Source: Octopus bimaculoides (taxonomy: Eukaryota). From it: a DNA stretch of 48,215 nucleotides. Shown one piece after another: positions 23,433 through 36,407 of the stretch. A model generated the notes under the pieces. That model had not been told where the DNA came from. It saw only the letters and a program-made list of their open reading frames with translations, and did not search any database. The DNA lies in NCBI RefSeq assembly GCF_001194135.2, contig NC_068981.1, forward strand, positions 15,904,773 to 15,952,987, read 5' to 3'. Numbering within the stretch: the stretch's first letter is position 1; the number at the start of each line of letters is the position of its first letter. The position numbers and the translations under genes were made by a program.

Positions 23433-25206
23433 CTGAAGGTGTATATTGTGGTGTAAGAAATTTTGACAGAAAGTGATAATTATTAGAAAGTCGCATTTGC
23501 CAGTGTGAAGAAAGAAACGTACGCACATTTAGAATTGTTTTATGATTAAAAGTATTTCAAATTTCCCTTGTATTTATCTTAACGTATACGGGCGCCAGTG
23601 TACAGCCGAAAGTAAATGGCATTCGTCGCTTATTGTAGTAGCTAGAATTCTTTATTAGCTGGTGATTAAGCCCTACATCAGTTCAAGTTTCGATGACATA
23701 CACTGTAATATACCAAATGTATTCTGCCAACTTAAATAATAACAAATTATAATGAGTATAGTGGAAAGGAGTATATTAGGAAGGGAATCTATTGGTAATT
23801 ACAATTTACGTGGCCAAACTGACAATGAAACTATGGTAGAAAATTCTGTGCATTGTTTTACGTGGTAGAAAGAATTACTTGCGATGCAAGTGGTCCATAT
23901 CAGCAGCTAATGTAGACTGCATTGGGATGAGCCTTGTATCTTTGTTTTAAACCGGATCCCTACTCTGTGTATATATAACAGACACATACAAACATATATA
24001 CACACACACACACACACACATATANNNNNNNNNNNNNNNNNNNNNNNNNNNNNNNNNNNNNNNNNNNNNNNNNNNNNNNNNNNNNNNNNNNNNNNNNNNN
24101 NNNNNNNNNNNNNNNNNNNNNNNNNNNNNNNNNNNNNNNNNNNNNNNNNNNNNNNNNNNNNNNNNNNNNNNNNNNNNNNNNNNNNNNNNNNNNNNNNNNN
24201 NNNNNNNNNNNNNNNNNNNNNNNNNNNNNNNNNNNNNNNNNNNNNNNNNNNNNNNNNNNNNNNNNNNNNNNNNNNNNNNNNNNNNNNNNNNNNNNNNNNN
24301 NNNNNNNNNNNNNNNNNNNNNNNNNNNNNNNNNNNNNNNNNNNNNNNNNNNNNNNNNNNNNNNNNNNNNNNNNNNNNNNNNNNNNNNNNNNNNNNNNNNN
24401 NNNNNNNNNNNNNNNNNNNNNNNNNNNNNNNNNNNNNNNNNNNNNNNNNNATATATATATATATATACATGATTAAAAATAAAGAGGTTGTATTAAACAA
24501 TATATCGCAAAAAGAATTATATCTATGATTCAGGTTCATTCTTTCACCAAACAGAATAAAATATGTTATGCAACAGAATTATTTTTATCTGCAACAAGGA
24601 AATGGTATGGGGAACCAGCGTTTGAACTACATTTAAAAGAGATATTCGAAATCAATGCCAATGCATTCGATTATTCCTTCTCCTTAACCGTATTGTGCTT
24701 TTTGGTTAAATTAGGAGGAACAACATTTTGAATATAGAGGAGCCCTTTCAGACTCGTTCAACACTTAACACGGTAGACAGAAATACTAAATTCTATTTAT
24801 GACTAAATATCCGCGTGGAAGTTGGGTTTGTATTCTTAATAATATTGAACCACAACGTTCTCCGAAAACCTCACCGAAAAAAAAAATTCAAATATATATT
24901 ACAAGAAAAGCTCCCTCGAGAATGCGAGTAAAATCGTAAAAGAAGATGGAAAGGAGCTATAACCTAACAAGAAAGATAGCATAAGCTAAAATTTACAACA
25001 TTGTTAGAGACTGGAGATTATGATGAATAGTATTATCTTTAATGCTAAGTGGTCAACAGAGCGGATATATTTAGGCTTTAATAGAACTTATGCGCAAAAC
25101 ATATTCCACTCTAACAATATTAAGTTATATAATATATATGTGTGCGTGCGTGTGTGTGCGTACCGCTAAATGCACAATTTTCTTTTCCTGTTTATTGTCT
25201 CTCCTT

Positions 25207-25244
25207 TCCTTCTGATGAAGAGCGTAGGTTCGAAATGTAAAGGA
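25207..25244 (+). ncRNA. Minimal type-I hammerhead ribozyme motif (Penelope-like-element type)
   Basis: TCCTT-CTGATGA-A-GAGC-GTAG-GTTC-GAA-ATGT-A-AAGGA. Stem I UCCUU/AAGGA (5/5); core CUGAUGA and GAAA; stem II GAGC/GUUC; putative GUA cleavage triplet ending at 25239. Confidence 0.7.
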
Positions 25245-25296
25245 CTTTCTTACTTTCCCCATCGTCAAACTAATACACCAGCCTGTTGTTCATATT

Positions 25297-25619
25297 GTGA
25301 CGGCATATAGATTAGTGGTTAGGACGTTAGGCTCATGATCGTAAGAAACTGAATTCAATTCCCAGCGACGCGTTGTGTCCTTGAGCAAGACACTTTATTT
25401 CAAGTTGTTCTAGTCCACTCAGCGGGTAAAAATGAGTAGTACCTCTATTTCAAAGGTTCGGCCTTGTCACAATTTGTGACGTGATAAATCTCCCTGAGAA
25501 CTACGTTAAAGATACGCGCGTCTATGGGGTGCGCAGCCATTTGCACGTTAATTTCACTAGCAAGCTATTCCGTTGATCGTATCAGCAGGGACCCTTGTTG
25601 TCGTAACCGAGAGAGTGCT
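25297..25619 (+). mobile_element. tRNA-derived SINE (family C variant with a CORE-like middle)
   Basis: A/B-box-like head; GTGTCCTTGAGCAAGACACTT resembles the CORE-SINE motif; 3' region shared with 3163-3465. Confidence 0.85.
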
Positions 25620-26369
25620 CCATATGCATATATATCTATCTATCTATATCTATATATATATATATNNNNNNNNNNNNNNNNNNNNNNNNNNNNNNNNNNN
25701 NNNNNNNNNNNNNNNNNNNNNNNNNNNNNNNNNNNNNNNNNNNNNNNNNNNNNNNNNNNNNNNNNNNNNNNNNNNNNNNNNNNNNNNNNNNNNNNNNNNN
25801 NNNNNNNNNNNNNNNNNNNNNNNNNNNNNNNNNNNNNNNNNNNNNNNNNNNNNNNNNNNNNNNNNNNNNNNNNNNNNNNNNNNNNNNNNNNNNNNNNNNN
25901 NNNNNNNNNNNNNNNNNNNNNNNNNNNNNNNNNNNNNNNNNNNNNNNNNNNNNNNNNNNNNNNNNNNNNNNNNNNNNNNNNNNNNNNNNNNNNNNNNNNN
26001 NNNNNNNNNNNNNNNNNNNNNNNNNNNNNNNNNNNNNNNNNNNNNNNNNNNNNNNNNNNNNNNNNNNNNNNNNNNNNNNNNNNNNNNNNNNNNNNNNNNN
26101 NNNNNNNNNNNNNNNNNNNNNNNNNNNNNNNNNNNNNNNNNNNNNNNNNNNNNNNNNNNNNNNNNNNNNNNNNNNNNNNNNNNNNNNNNNNNNNNNNNNN
26201 NNNNNNNNNNNNNNNNNNNNNNNNNNNNNNNNNNNNNNNNNNNNNNNNNNNNNNNNNNNNNNNNNNNNNNNNNNNNNNNNNNNNNNNNNNNNNNNNNNNN
26301 NNNNNNNNNNNNNNNNNNNNNNNNNNNNNNNNNNNNNNNNNNNNNNNNNNNNNNNNNNNNNNNNNNNNN

Positions 26370-26401
<32 letters not shown>

Positions 26402-26924
26402 GTACATATATATATACATATATATACACACATTGTATGTATGCATGTATTTATATATGTATACACAGGCAGTTATGAGTATGAGGCTGGTTATGAATGA
26501 ACAGCATTGTTAAATATAAAGCAACCTAAGGGGGACATTCTGCATACTATATCATAAATACACTTATCTAATTGAGTGGGAAAAGTGCGTTCAAGTGAGA
26601 TATCTAAATATTTTAACAAAAATGGCCTTTAAGAAATGTTTAAAATCTAAAACAACAAACAGCTCAGTTAACTGTGATTTCTTAATCATATATAGAATAT
26701 ACGTGGCAATTTTTAAAACTATGATTTATCTCCTGTGTTTATGATTTTTTTTTTCTCCATTATATACTCTCTAAAATAGAGTTTGTAATAATACCTATTC
26801 GGGAGAAATATCTTAATTGTCTCGTACAAAAGAAATTATTATTCCTAACTAAATTATAAACATTCAAAATCAGTCTCATATTGCTGCTACACACATACAT
26901 ACACTTGCACACGCACACACACAC

Positions 26925-26947
26925 ACACACACATACAGATAGATAGG

Positions 26948-27015
<68 letters not shown>

Positions 27016-27060
27016 CAAACAGACAAATAGCTAGACAGACAGACAGACAGATAGACAGCT
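26925..27060. repeat. (CA)n plus (GATA)n/(GACA)n repeat
   Basis: Direct inspection. Confidence 0.95.
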
Positions 27061-27794
27061 AAAATAGATAGAGACGGAATGATATCCCCAATCTCATGCA
27101 TGTTTGTTGCGAACAGAAGTAGATCCAATTTTAGATTATGTGAAACTTTCACGAATTAGTGAATGACCGGTTGTTTACGTTTCAATATTAACTCTATTAC
27201 AGTGAAAGCAATTTGCCTTCAATAATGTACACACATGGACACATATATGTATATATAAATGTATGTGTGTGTATTTCTGTTGGTATGTATGTGTGTCTAT
27301 ATATATATATCGTAATTTGTTTAAAGATTTATGCGCAAATCAACCTGTGTTACAAAACCTATGATAAATTTAATATTCCTATGCTACAGATTTAAAACAT
27401 TCGTTATGGAACTTCAAACAAAAATACATTTCTGATTACTTAAATTTATAGCGCATAAATATCTGCTAAATAATTAATATATTAATTAACTATAGCATAT
27501 TTATAAAATTACTCTAAATAATATGTACACGAATATCATGTTGTCGATAAGGTTTTCATAAACATTATGACATTGTAAAACTTATTTGTTCAGTAAACGG
27601 AGTTTCTTTGACGATTCCATATGTATAAAAACACCAAAAAATATGTAATGTATTCACATCTATTACTAATTAACTCAAAACGGACAACGTAGTTCCTCAT
27701 TAAATATACTACGTATATGTACTAATTATAACATTTTTGTAAGTCAACTGCCGATGGACTTTGAATTAAGATTACTTCAAGGGTATCAAATATA

Positions 27795-28026
27795 TTTCTT
27801 TATTGCCCACAGGGGGCAAAACATAGAGGGAACAAACAGAGACAGATAAAGGGATTAAGTCGATTAAATCGACCCCAGTGCGTAACTTGGTACTTATATA
27901 TAATCAGCCCGAAAGGATGAAAGACAAAGTCGACCTCAGCAGAATTTGTACTCAGAACTTAACGGCAGACGAAATAACGCTAAGCATTTCGCCTGGCGTG
28001 CTAACGATTCTGCCATCTCGCCGCCC
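27795..28026 (-). mobile_element. SINE family B, well preserved
   Basis: GACCCCAGTGCGTAACTTGGTACTTA...GAAAGGATGAAAGACAAAGTCGACCTC...GCTAACGATTCTGCCATCTCGCC. Confidence 0.9.
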
Positions 28027-28534
28027 AAATTGAGAGTGTCAAATAGGTCAAACGAATGTTTCACAATTCCCGTCGTTCTTAGCAAAGCCTTCTGCCTTCA
28101 AAACACAACCTACTTGGGGAAACCAGTTTCAGATCACATGTTATTAGTAGACCCTCCCACATTTTTATTTTATAGTATAAGTATTATATACACCGGAAGT
28201 GTAATCGAAGGCTGTATCGGTTGCGTATTGTAATTTAAACAAACGAAAGGAAAACTTTAAATTACTGCATTTTTCACCATAATTTCATCTGAAAATTCCG
28301 AGTCAAATGTGCTCATCAAACTTCATGAATTTTTTTTTCATAAAATCTTTTTCTGCACATAAATTATTCAAGAAATCACACAGATTTAAATGGCGAAAGT
28401 ATATGAATGCCAAACCACAGTTTTATCGAAACAAAGTTATACGAATACGTTACTTGTCAAGATCTTATCATTCATACATATGCGTATGTAGGTTTTCGTA
28501 TGCGTATGTGTTTGTGCAAATATATGTATGTATG

Positions 28535-28925
28535 TCATTATTCAGTTTATTTCAAGATTTCTTAACAATAGAGAATGAATTGGTTTCTAACCTAGATCCA
28601 AGACTCCTTCATTGGAATTTCAGCATCAACAACAGGGTATTTTTGTTCGTATGTATGTATGTATGTATGTATGTATGTATGTATGTATGTATGTGCAGAT
28701 TTGTATGTTTTTTGTATGTATTCTCATTCATATAGTTACATATCTAGAAATGCTCATATATATTTAAATGATAAACTTCTGGAAAGTTTTACAGATTTTT
28801 ACAGTTCCAGTGCTGCACTGGATCTGAAATCTTCGAATTAGCTTTCGCCTTTCTGGCTTTGAGAAGCCTAATTTATCAAGATTAGTATTTAGGCAGTGTG
28901 TTACATATCTCAGGGCCCCAATAAT
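28535..28925 (-). mobile_element. 3' end of an RLE-type LINE with 3' UTR and (CATA)n
   Basis: IIGALRYVTHCLNTNLDKLGFSKPERRKLIRRFQIQCSTGTVKICKTFQKFII* (stop at 28764), homologous to 21080-21420. Confidence 0.7.
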
Positions 28926-28995
28926 ATATTTCGTTTTATGTATGCACGTATATTTATATGTATATAAATGCATATACAGTGAGAGAGAGAGAGAC

Positions 28996-29044
<49 letters not shown>

Positions 29045-29879
29045 TATAGATATGCTACAATTATGGAGTATTCGGTACGACTACGAAAGGAAAAAGAGAA
29101 ACTAAATATATTTCTTCAAAAACGATTTTCCAACGCCCACAATATGAATGCGTGTATATAAATTTATGTGTGCGTGCATGAGTGTGTCTCTGTGTAGAGT
29201 GAAGAAATACAAGAAAAAATATTTATAGATGTTTCAACTGTCGTATGCATTATCCATTTGCGACTAATACCGATTGCTTTCCTTCTTACGTGCATTGAAT
29301 TGAAAGATAGTAAGTATTAAATTGTACATTTATAAATTGTATGTTTCTGTTTCCTTTTGTTCTATCTTGCATCTTATATGTTTTATATAGTTATCAACGG
29401 TAGCCAACATTATATGTTTCCAAATATCTTATAAATATAAAACTATGCCAGGATATTATATAAACGTTTGTGCGCCTAAAAAAACATGTATCTAGTATTA
29501 TCGACAGATATACAGAAATCGAAGTATCTGATGTATATTCTGTCAATAATTCTCTCTTATCAGCTATGACGTATTGATGTACTAACTGGCATTGTTTTTT
29601 TTATGCACGTAGCAAATATACATATAGTGGATTATATTCTAGGAGAAAGAAATATTATTACGAATGAAAGATTTCATTTCTGCTTTTTGTTTTTAGTCAA
29701 AATGGAAGCCACCTCACACAACTTCAGATGTTGGTGATCGGTAGGAGGAATGGCATCCTCGAAGTGATGATCTAACGCCCTAGATGATGGGTAGTGAAGT
29801 TAATCCAGGGTAAAGATTGAGTCTACCACCCATACAGGCTATAAAGGAAGTCGCGATAAATACTCCGAGGCAACTGGTC

Positions 29880-30050
29880 AAATTATCGCCATGTAACGAC
29901 CCGTGATTGGTACTTATTTATCAACACTGATCGGACAAATGGTGCAGTAGATGCAGGCATGATTTCAACTCATAATGCAGAGAAATCTTCAGAAATCATA
30001 GCGTGAAGCTTTCTATTCAACCCTCAAACGACTCTGCCAATACACCACTT
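29880..30050 (-). mobile_element. SINE family B, degenerate
   Basis: TTGGTACTTATTTATCAAC...GATTTCAACTCATAATG...AACGACTCTGCCAAT. Confidence 0.6.
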
Positions 30051-30571
30051 TAAGTTGCATGTTCAAATCAATAAACATATGTTTGATGTTTTTAAGTTAT
30101 ATATATAAATATAAACCGTGATTTAGCTAATAGATTACTGTACACTCAGCTGAAAAGTTTGCAAGTCATTTCCAGTTTGCAACTCTTCATTCTCTGCAAT
30201 ATGAAATAGTAAAATTCCAAATGCCCAAGACAATGTAGTTAATAACAGCTACCGTAAAAGATGACGCATTTATCAGATGTACGGTAGTATTAAAAAGTAA
30301 TTTATTTCCCTCATGTTTGCTAGATTCATTCGGCAGTCCAGTCTTTATCTTTAAACGTCTTCATTTATCTTTAAATTTGATTCGGAGTCAATTATTCATT
30401 GTACACATGTGATCGTTGGTATAAACAATGGTAGATTTAGTTTAAGTACACCACAAATAAGCACTCACGATAGGGAAACTGTTTCTGGCGTGAAGACGAC
30501 TTCACAAATATCTGCCTTCCATAGTTATACACATATTAGCAATTTCAGTAACTACTGTTGAACAATAGAAT

Positions 30572-30751
30572 TATAATACCACTGAAATTTCTAGCCCTGT
30601 GCGACAATTTGAGATCCATATCACTAATACTTCTGCCTATGATAACATCCCCTCTATAATGTCACACAGAACTACGCTATATATTAGACTATTAAAATAA
30701 TGTATTTATAACTTAATGTATAAATTTAGAAACGTAGAGTATACAACGCAT
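30572..30751. repeat. 180-bp inverted duplication; partner at 34643-34822
   Basis: By manual alignment, the reverse complement matches with 3 mismatches. Confidence 0.92.
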
Positions 30752-31409
30752 CACACGTGCACAATGAATAATTGACTATGTTTCACTAAATGTGTTAAAT
30801 TTACATCAAAGTGTACTTTTTCGTATGGAAATAATTTTGTAAACAAATTTGCTCTGTTCACTTATTCTTTTCTTTTTTACTTGTTTACTTCTGCAAGCCA
30901 CACACAAAAATGTTGGTTAGAACAGGTAAGAAACTGTAAGATATCTAGGATGGGTTTCACTACTTGTTTCTAAATATTGATTAGTTCTATAACCCGTAAG
31001 CACGTTAGTGTGCAAGGGAAGCAAACGTATTAAAACAGGATTAACTCTATTCATAAGGATTCCATCTACTCAGAATTAGCTTTCTTTCTCTAGCGAATCT
31101 TCTTTATTTCATAACCGTATAAATATTATTACGTTGATTTTTATCTCATTTACATTACATTCCTTCACTCCACAACCATCGGCAGAAGTTCCTTGTGCTT
31201 TGGACATGCGCAGTGTATTGCTTCAGTTTTATGATTTCTATTGTTCTAATTGTATTCAAAGAAAGTTCTTTGATTTTCAAATATTTTACGAAAATGTCCC
31301 TTTAGTTTTATTTGTTGAATAAAATATAAGGATACGATTACGATATGCTTTTTATGAAGCAGCCTACTATGATTTATATATATTTGCCATGATATTATTA
31401 AGATAGATA

Positions 31410-31570
31410 TTGAGGTGACGAGCTGCCAAGAATTGTTAGCATGCCGGGTAAAATGCTATCGGCACTTCGTCCGTATTTATATTGTCAGGTCAAATTTCTC
31501 CGAAATCGAATTTTAATTATATATTTTCGGGATCCATAAAATAAGAAGCCGTTTAGTCCTGGGGTACACA
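31410..31570 (+). mobile_element. SINE family B, degenerate
   Basis: GGTGACGAGCTGCCAAGAATTGTTAGCATGCCGGGTAAAATGCT...GGATCCATAAAATAAG. Confidence 0.7.
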
Positions 31571-31979
31571 TAATCTATTGTCCACTTCCCTCAGCTTCTT
31601 GGCCTAGTTCCAACATTTCACTGGAATGCCTGAATTATACATGTATATACCTACCTACGTACCTACCTATTTACCTACCTACATACATACCTACATACAT
31701 GCATATATATGTGTGTATAACAGATACATANNNNNNNNNNATATATGAAACAGGGACAACTGATGAAGGGGAATATTCCTTATGTAGCATGTGTCCTTTC
31801 TCTGTTGTTTTCGCTGTTCGAAAAAATGTTCGCTTTTTATGTTTTCGTTTATACATTTACGTTTCTCAATGTGTTTAAGGTTTTTTTTATGTCCTGTACC
31901 CATAAATGCATGCATATATACATATATATGTAGGCATGTACTTATATGTATGTATATATGCATATATTTATATATTATT

Positions 31980-32044
<65 letters not shown>

Positions 32045-32554
32045 ATAGGGTTGGCTAAAATTCCATAAATACTTAAAATTGAATATGATTTATTCATTCC
32101 AATTATCAATGTTTAATAATTGAATGCGCTGTGAGATAAAATAACCTTTTTTTTTTTTCAACGTTTGTCTAAGTATTACCAAAGTCTCATATAAAAGAAT
32201 ATTTTGTTTTAATCTTGGAATTAATGTGTTTTGATTTACTGTTAGGTGACTCGATAAATTTACCCTGGTACGCTTAAATATACACAAATATAAGTAAATA
32301 CGAATTCGCTCCCAGCAGAAACCAAGACTACCGTTAAAGATTATTTGGGGAAAGTACTCTTTCAAAACATTGGAGATGTGGGATATTAAGCGCAAAAGCA
32401 ATGACTGTCATCACCTTCAGCAGAGGAAATATGGAAAGGAAGGATAGAGTATTTTTGATATATTTTTATGCTAGACTTAGAAGAGTTACTCAAAAGACCA
32501 ACAGAATATGTATGTATGTTTGTGTGTGTGAATGTATGCATGTATGTGTGTATG

Positions 32555-32644
<90 letters not shown>

Positions 32645-33045
32645 AAGAGGAGAAAGAGAAAGACATAGATTGATAGATGCATACATACATACACACATAT
32701 ATACATACATGCATACACGCATTAATATTTATCTAAGTGTATGTGTCCCTTTAAAATATTACTATACGCACTTGCAAACATTTAATTTTTCTCATGACTC
32801 GATAAATTTAGCCTCGTGCGCTTGAATATACACAAATATATGCATGTATATGTGTATATGTGAGTGTGCGCCTACAACATTTTGTTTGTGTGCGCATGTA
32901 AACGCTTACTTCTGCAAAATGGCGTCTATCGACCTTTAACATCAAAGTTTGAATCATCCTTCGTTTTAGAAATAAAATTTGAAGGAAGACGAATATATAT
33001 GGATTTCTCCATAATAACATGAACTAATATATGTATATGCATATA

Positions 33046-33089
<44 letters not shown>

Positions 33090-33766
33090 ACGTCATAGTC
33101 ATGAAGTAATGCAGTTGTTCGTTCATAAAGTTATTTGTACATATATATGTGTGTGTGTGCATATGCATATACCTATACTATGTATACACACACACGCACA
33201 AACACACACTCGCGCGCGCACACATATNNNNNNNNNNNNNNNNNNNNNNNNNNNNNNNNNNNNNNNNNNNNNNNNNNNNNNNNNNNNNNNNNNNNNNNNN
33301 NNNNNNNNNNNNNNNNNNNNNNNNNNNNNNNNNNNNNNNNNNNNNNNNNNNNNNNNNNNNNNNNNNNNNNNNNNNNNNNNNNNNNNNNNNNNNNNNNNNN
33401 NNNNNNNNNNNNNNNNNNNNNNNNNNNNNNNNNNNNNNNNNNNNNNNNNNNNNNNNNNNNNNNNNNNNNNNNNNNNNNNNNNNNNNNNNNNNNNNNNNNN
33501 NNNNNNNNNNNNNNNNNNNNNNNNNNNNNNNNNNNNNNNNNNNNNNNNNNNNNNNNNNNNNNNNNNNNNNNNNNNNNNNNNNNNNNNNNNNNNNNNNNNN
33601 NNNNNNNNNNNNNNNNNNNNNNNNNNNNNNNNNNNNNNNNNNNNNNNNNNNNNNNNNNNNNNNNNNNNNNNNNNNNNNNNNNNNNNNNNNNNNNNNNNNN
33701 NNNNNNNNNNNNNNNNNNNNNNNNNNNNNNNNNNNNNNNNNNNNNNNNNNNNNNNNNNNNNNNNNN

Positions 33767-34555
33767 CAAAACTGAAGCCCACAGAACGAAGTCGCTTGGC
33801 ACAGACTGACCTTCGCCTCTGTTGTGCATGTACATTAAGTTTGAGCATTCTAGCTCACTTACAATGTTTACAGCAATGCATGGAAACAGGTGTGTAGTGT
33901 GTGACCGTCACATTAGCCATAGCAGAGAATTGGCATCAAATTTTGCTAAAATGCTTGATGATACCTGCTCAGGGGCCTACGCGAAGTTTTGAAAAAGGTT
34001 TCATCGTTCTCCACACAACCAAACAGATCTAGTACGACTGAAACTTGAGTATCTGTTTCATGAGCTGAAAGCAGTTTTGGTATAAATTTGGCCGTCACGC
34101 ATCTCATACACACATCTTCAATGATAATGTCCTGAACTGAACCATAACTAATTAGAACATCGTCTGATATCTCACGGATGGTGATTCGACGATTTCCCCT
34201 CACAGCTGCACGCATATCTGTGATATTTTTCTTTCAGTTCTGCTGGCTGCAGGTCTCCCAAAATGTTCGTCAATATCGACATATTTTCGGCCATCTTTGA
34301 AACATCTGAACCACTCGTACACTTGTGCATCACTCATACACTCCTCTCCATACACTTTCTGCTACATTGTGTCACCATGACAACTTTCTCTATCATGGTT
34401 AACGCAACGATCATGCGCTACACACCTTCCTTCCCAGCATTGCTGTAAACAGCGGAAGTAAGCTAGAATATTAAAACTTTGTACGCATGCAAATCGGCTT
34501 CACTCTGGGTACTTTAGCTTCGTTACTTATTGATACTTATTGATCGAAACTCGCA
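33767..34555. mobile_element. Second copy of the two-5'-end mariner derivative (left TIR lost in the gap)
   Basis: Colinear with 11002-11895 and has the same inversion junction (GGCCTACGCGAAGTTTTGAAAA at about 33985). ORF 33946..34215 - gives GNRRITIREISDDVLISYGSVQDIIIEDVCMRCVTAKFIPKLLS. Confidence 0.9.
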
Positions 34556-34642
34556 TATATATACCTAAATATATACATACGGACATCGTGTTACAGATTC
34601 AAAACAATCTTAATGTTACATCATAACTAATATCGTTCGATA

Positions 34643-34822
34643 ATGCGTCGTATACTCTATGTTTCTAAATTTATACATTAAGTTATAAATACATTATTTT
34701 AATAGTCTAATATATAGCGTAGTTCTGTGTGACATTATAGAGGGGATGTTATCATAGGCAGAAGTATTAGTGATATGGATCTCAAATTGTCGCACAGGGC
34801 TAGACATTTCAGTGGTATTATA
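34643..34822. repeat. Inverted partner of 30572-30751
   Basis: See 30572-30751. Confidence 0.92.
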
Positions 34823-34945
34823 TCCACCTCAATGTTCAAATGGTACTTATTTTATTGACCTTGATAGAATGAAAGACAAAATCAACCTCAGCAGAATTTC
34901 AACTCAGTACGTGATGACGGACGAAACGCTGCTAACGACTCATTA
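34780..34945 (-). mobile_element. SINE family B
   Basis: TGGTACTTATTTTATTGACC...GAATGAAAGACAAAATCAACCTCAGCAGAATTTCAACTCAG...GCTAACGACTC. Confidence 0.75.
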
Positions 34946-35100
34946 TTCCACGTGTCTTCTCTTATAATTTGATGAATGATCATTTCCCACGATTCTACCC
35001 ATCTGTTACTAAATATTTGACTCTATCATTCTCCCCTACAATGCATCCGTGCCGATGCTATTCCTTTTATCTCTTCTTTTACAATCCCACCGCTAACTTA

Positions 35101-35244
35101 GTACGCATGCACAGCAGAGCTTAAGGTCAATCTATGCCAATCGGCTTCACTCTGGGTACTTTAGCTTCGTTACTATGCCAACAGTCCGGATACTTATTGA
35201 TCGAAACTCGCATATATATACCTAAATATATACATACGGACATC
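35101..35244 (+). repeat. Direct duplication of the mariner-derivative right end plus 32 bp of flank (partner 34481-34587)
   Basis: GAAACTCGCATATATATACCTAAATATATACATACGGACATC is identical at both sites. Confidence 0.92.
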
Positions 35245-35348
35245 CTTCATACACCCCTATTTTCTTCCTTTATTCTGACCCTTCTCCTTGCCTTCTATGT
35301 ATCCGACTATTAACCATCTTTCATTTCCCTTCATATCTCTCTCCCTTA

Positions 35349-35384
<36 letters not shown>

Positions 35385-36368
35385 GTTTGTGTGTGTGTGT
35401 GTTTGTGTGTGTCTTTATCCTCATCAGTCTCCTCAACATATCTTACTTTCCCAATTGGGTTGTGTATCTACTAACATCTCTCTCTCAATATATATATTGT
35501 ATTTTTCCCTGCTGTCATACGCAATCCCCTTCTCTTCAAAAGGCCTCTTGAATTTTCTCGCGCCTTATCTAGGAGTGAAACCGCCTACGCAGAATCAATA
35601 TAAGCTTGTACCTTCTAGATCATTCCTTGTTCCTGTTACATTCTTATGTATTTGTTGTCTCTTCAATGTCATATAAATATATTATAAATCGATTTCATGC
35701 CTTATAACAGCCTCTTCATATTTTTTCCGTAATGCTTAAATACACACGCTTATAGACATACATACGTACGTACATAATACGTATTTACGAACATAACATA
35801 AAAGCATACATATAGAAAGTGATTCTCATCATTACTTTACAAGTTACACTCATCAAAAGCTGTTGTACTACTCGAGCCAATGATTTATAGATAACAATTG
35901 TCGAAGAGATAATGCAGCGAACCACGAATCAAATGACTGAAAAGAGAACATCTTATCCATGAAGAAATCCCAAAGCCCATAAGGAAGCGGAAAATTCGAT
36001 TACACACCATGTGCATCTAATCATCACTATTGAATACATTAATTTTACGACACATTACAGTGGAAAAAACGGCGGTGGTGCAATGAAACATATTTTCGAT
36101 GACAACAAAGTTTTCATTTACTTTTAAATTATGAATAAAGTGCTTTACTACATTTAATGCATACCTCGGTTTCTTAGGAGGAGTACTCAAGGGTTATGTA
36201 AGTAGACGGGAAAATAGAAGTAGAGGCCAAAGTTTATGTTTCAGCTAAATTTATTTTGCACACACATACACGCTCACCTATCCTTTTCTTTCTCTGTCTC
36301 TCTCTATATATGATGTGTAGCATACACATGTGTAGTAACTCTACACACAGACACACACACACGCACCT

Positions 36369-36407
<39 letters not shown>

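Noticed and set aside
29785-29800. ATGGGTAGTGA, a partial match to miR-71
   Set aside because: Only 11 nt match, the seed is absent, and there is no precursor hairpin.
31748-31800. GGGACAA-CTGATGA-AGGGGAATATTCCTT, a possible hammerhead 5' half
   Set aside because: No downstream GAAA or stem III in register. It is at most a truncated repeat.
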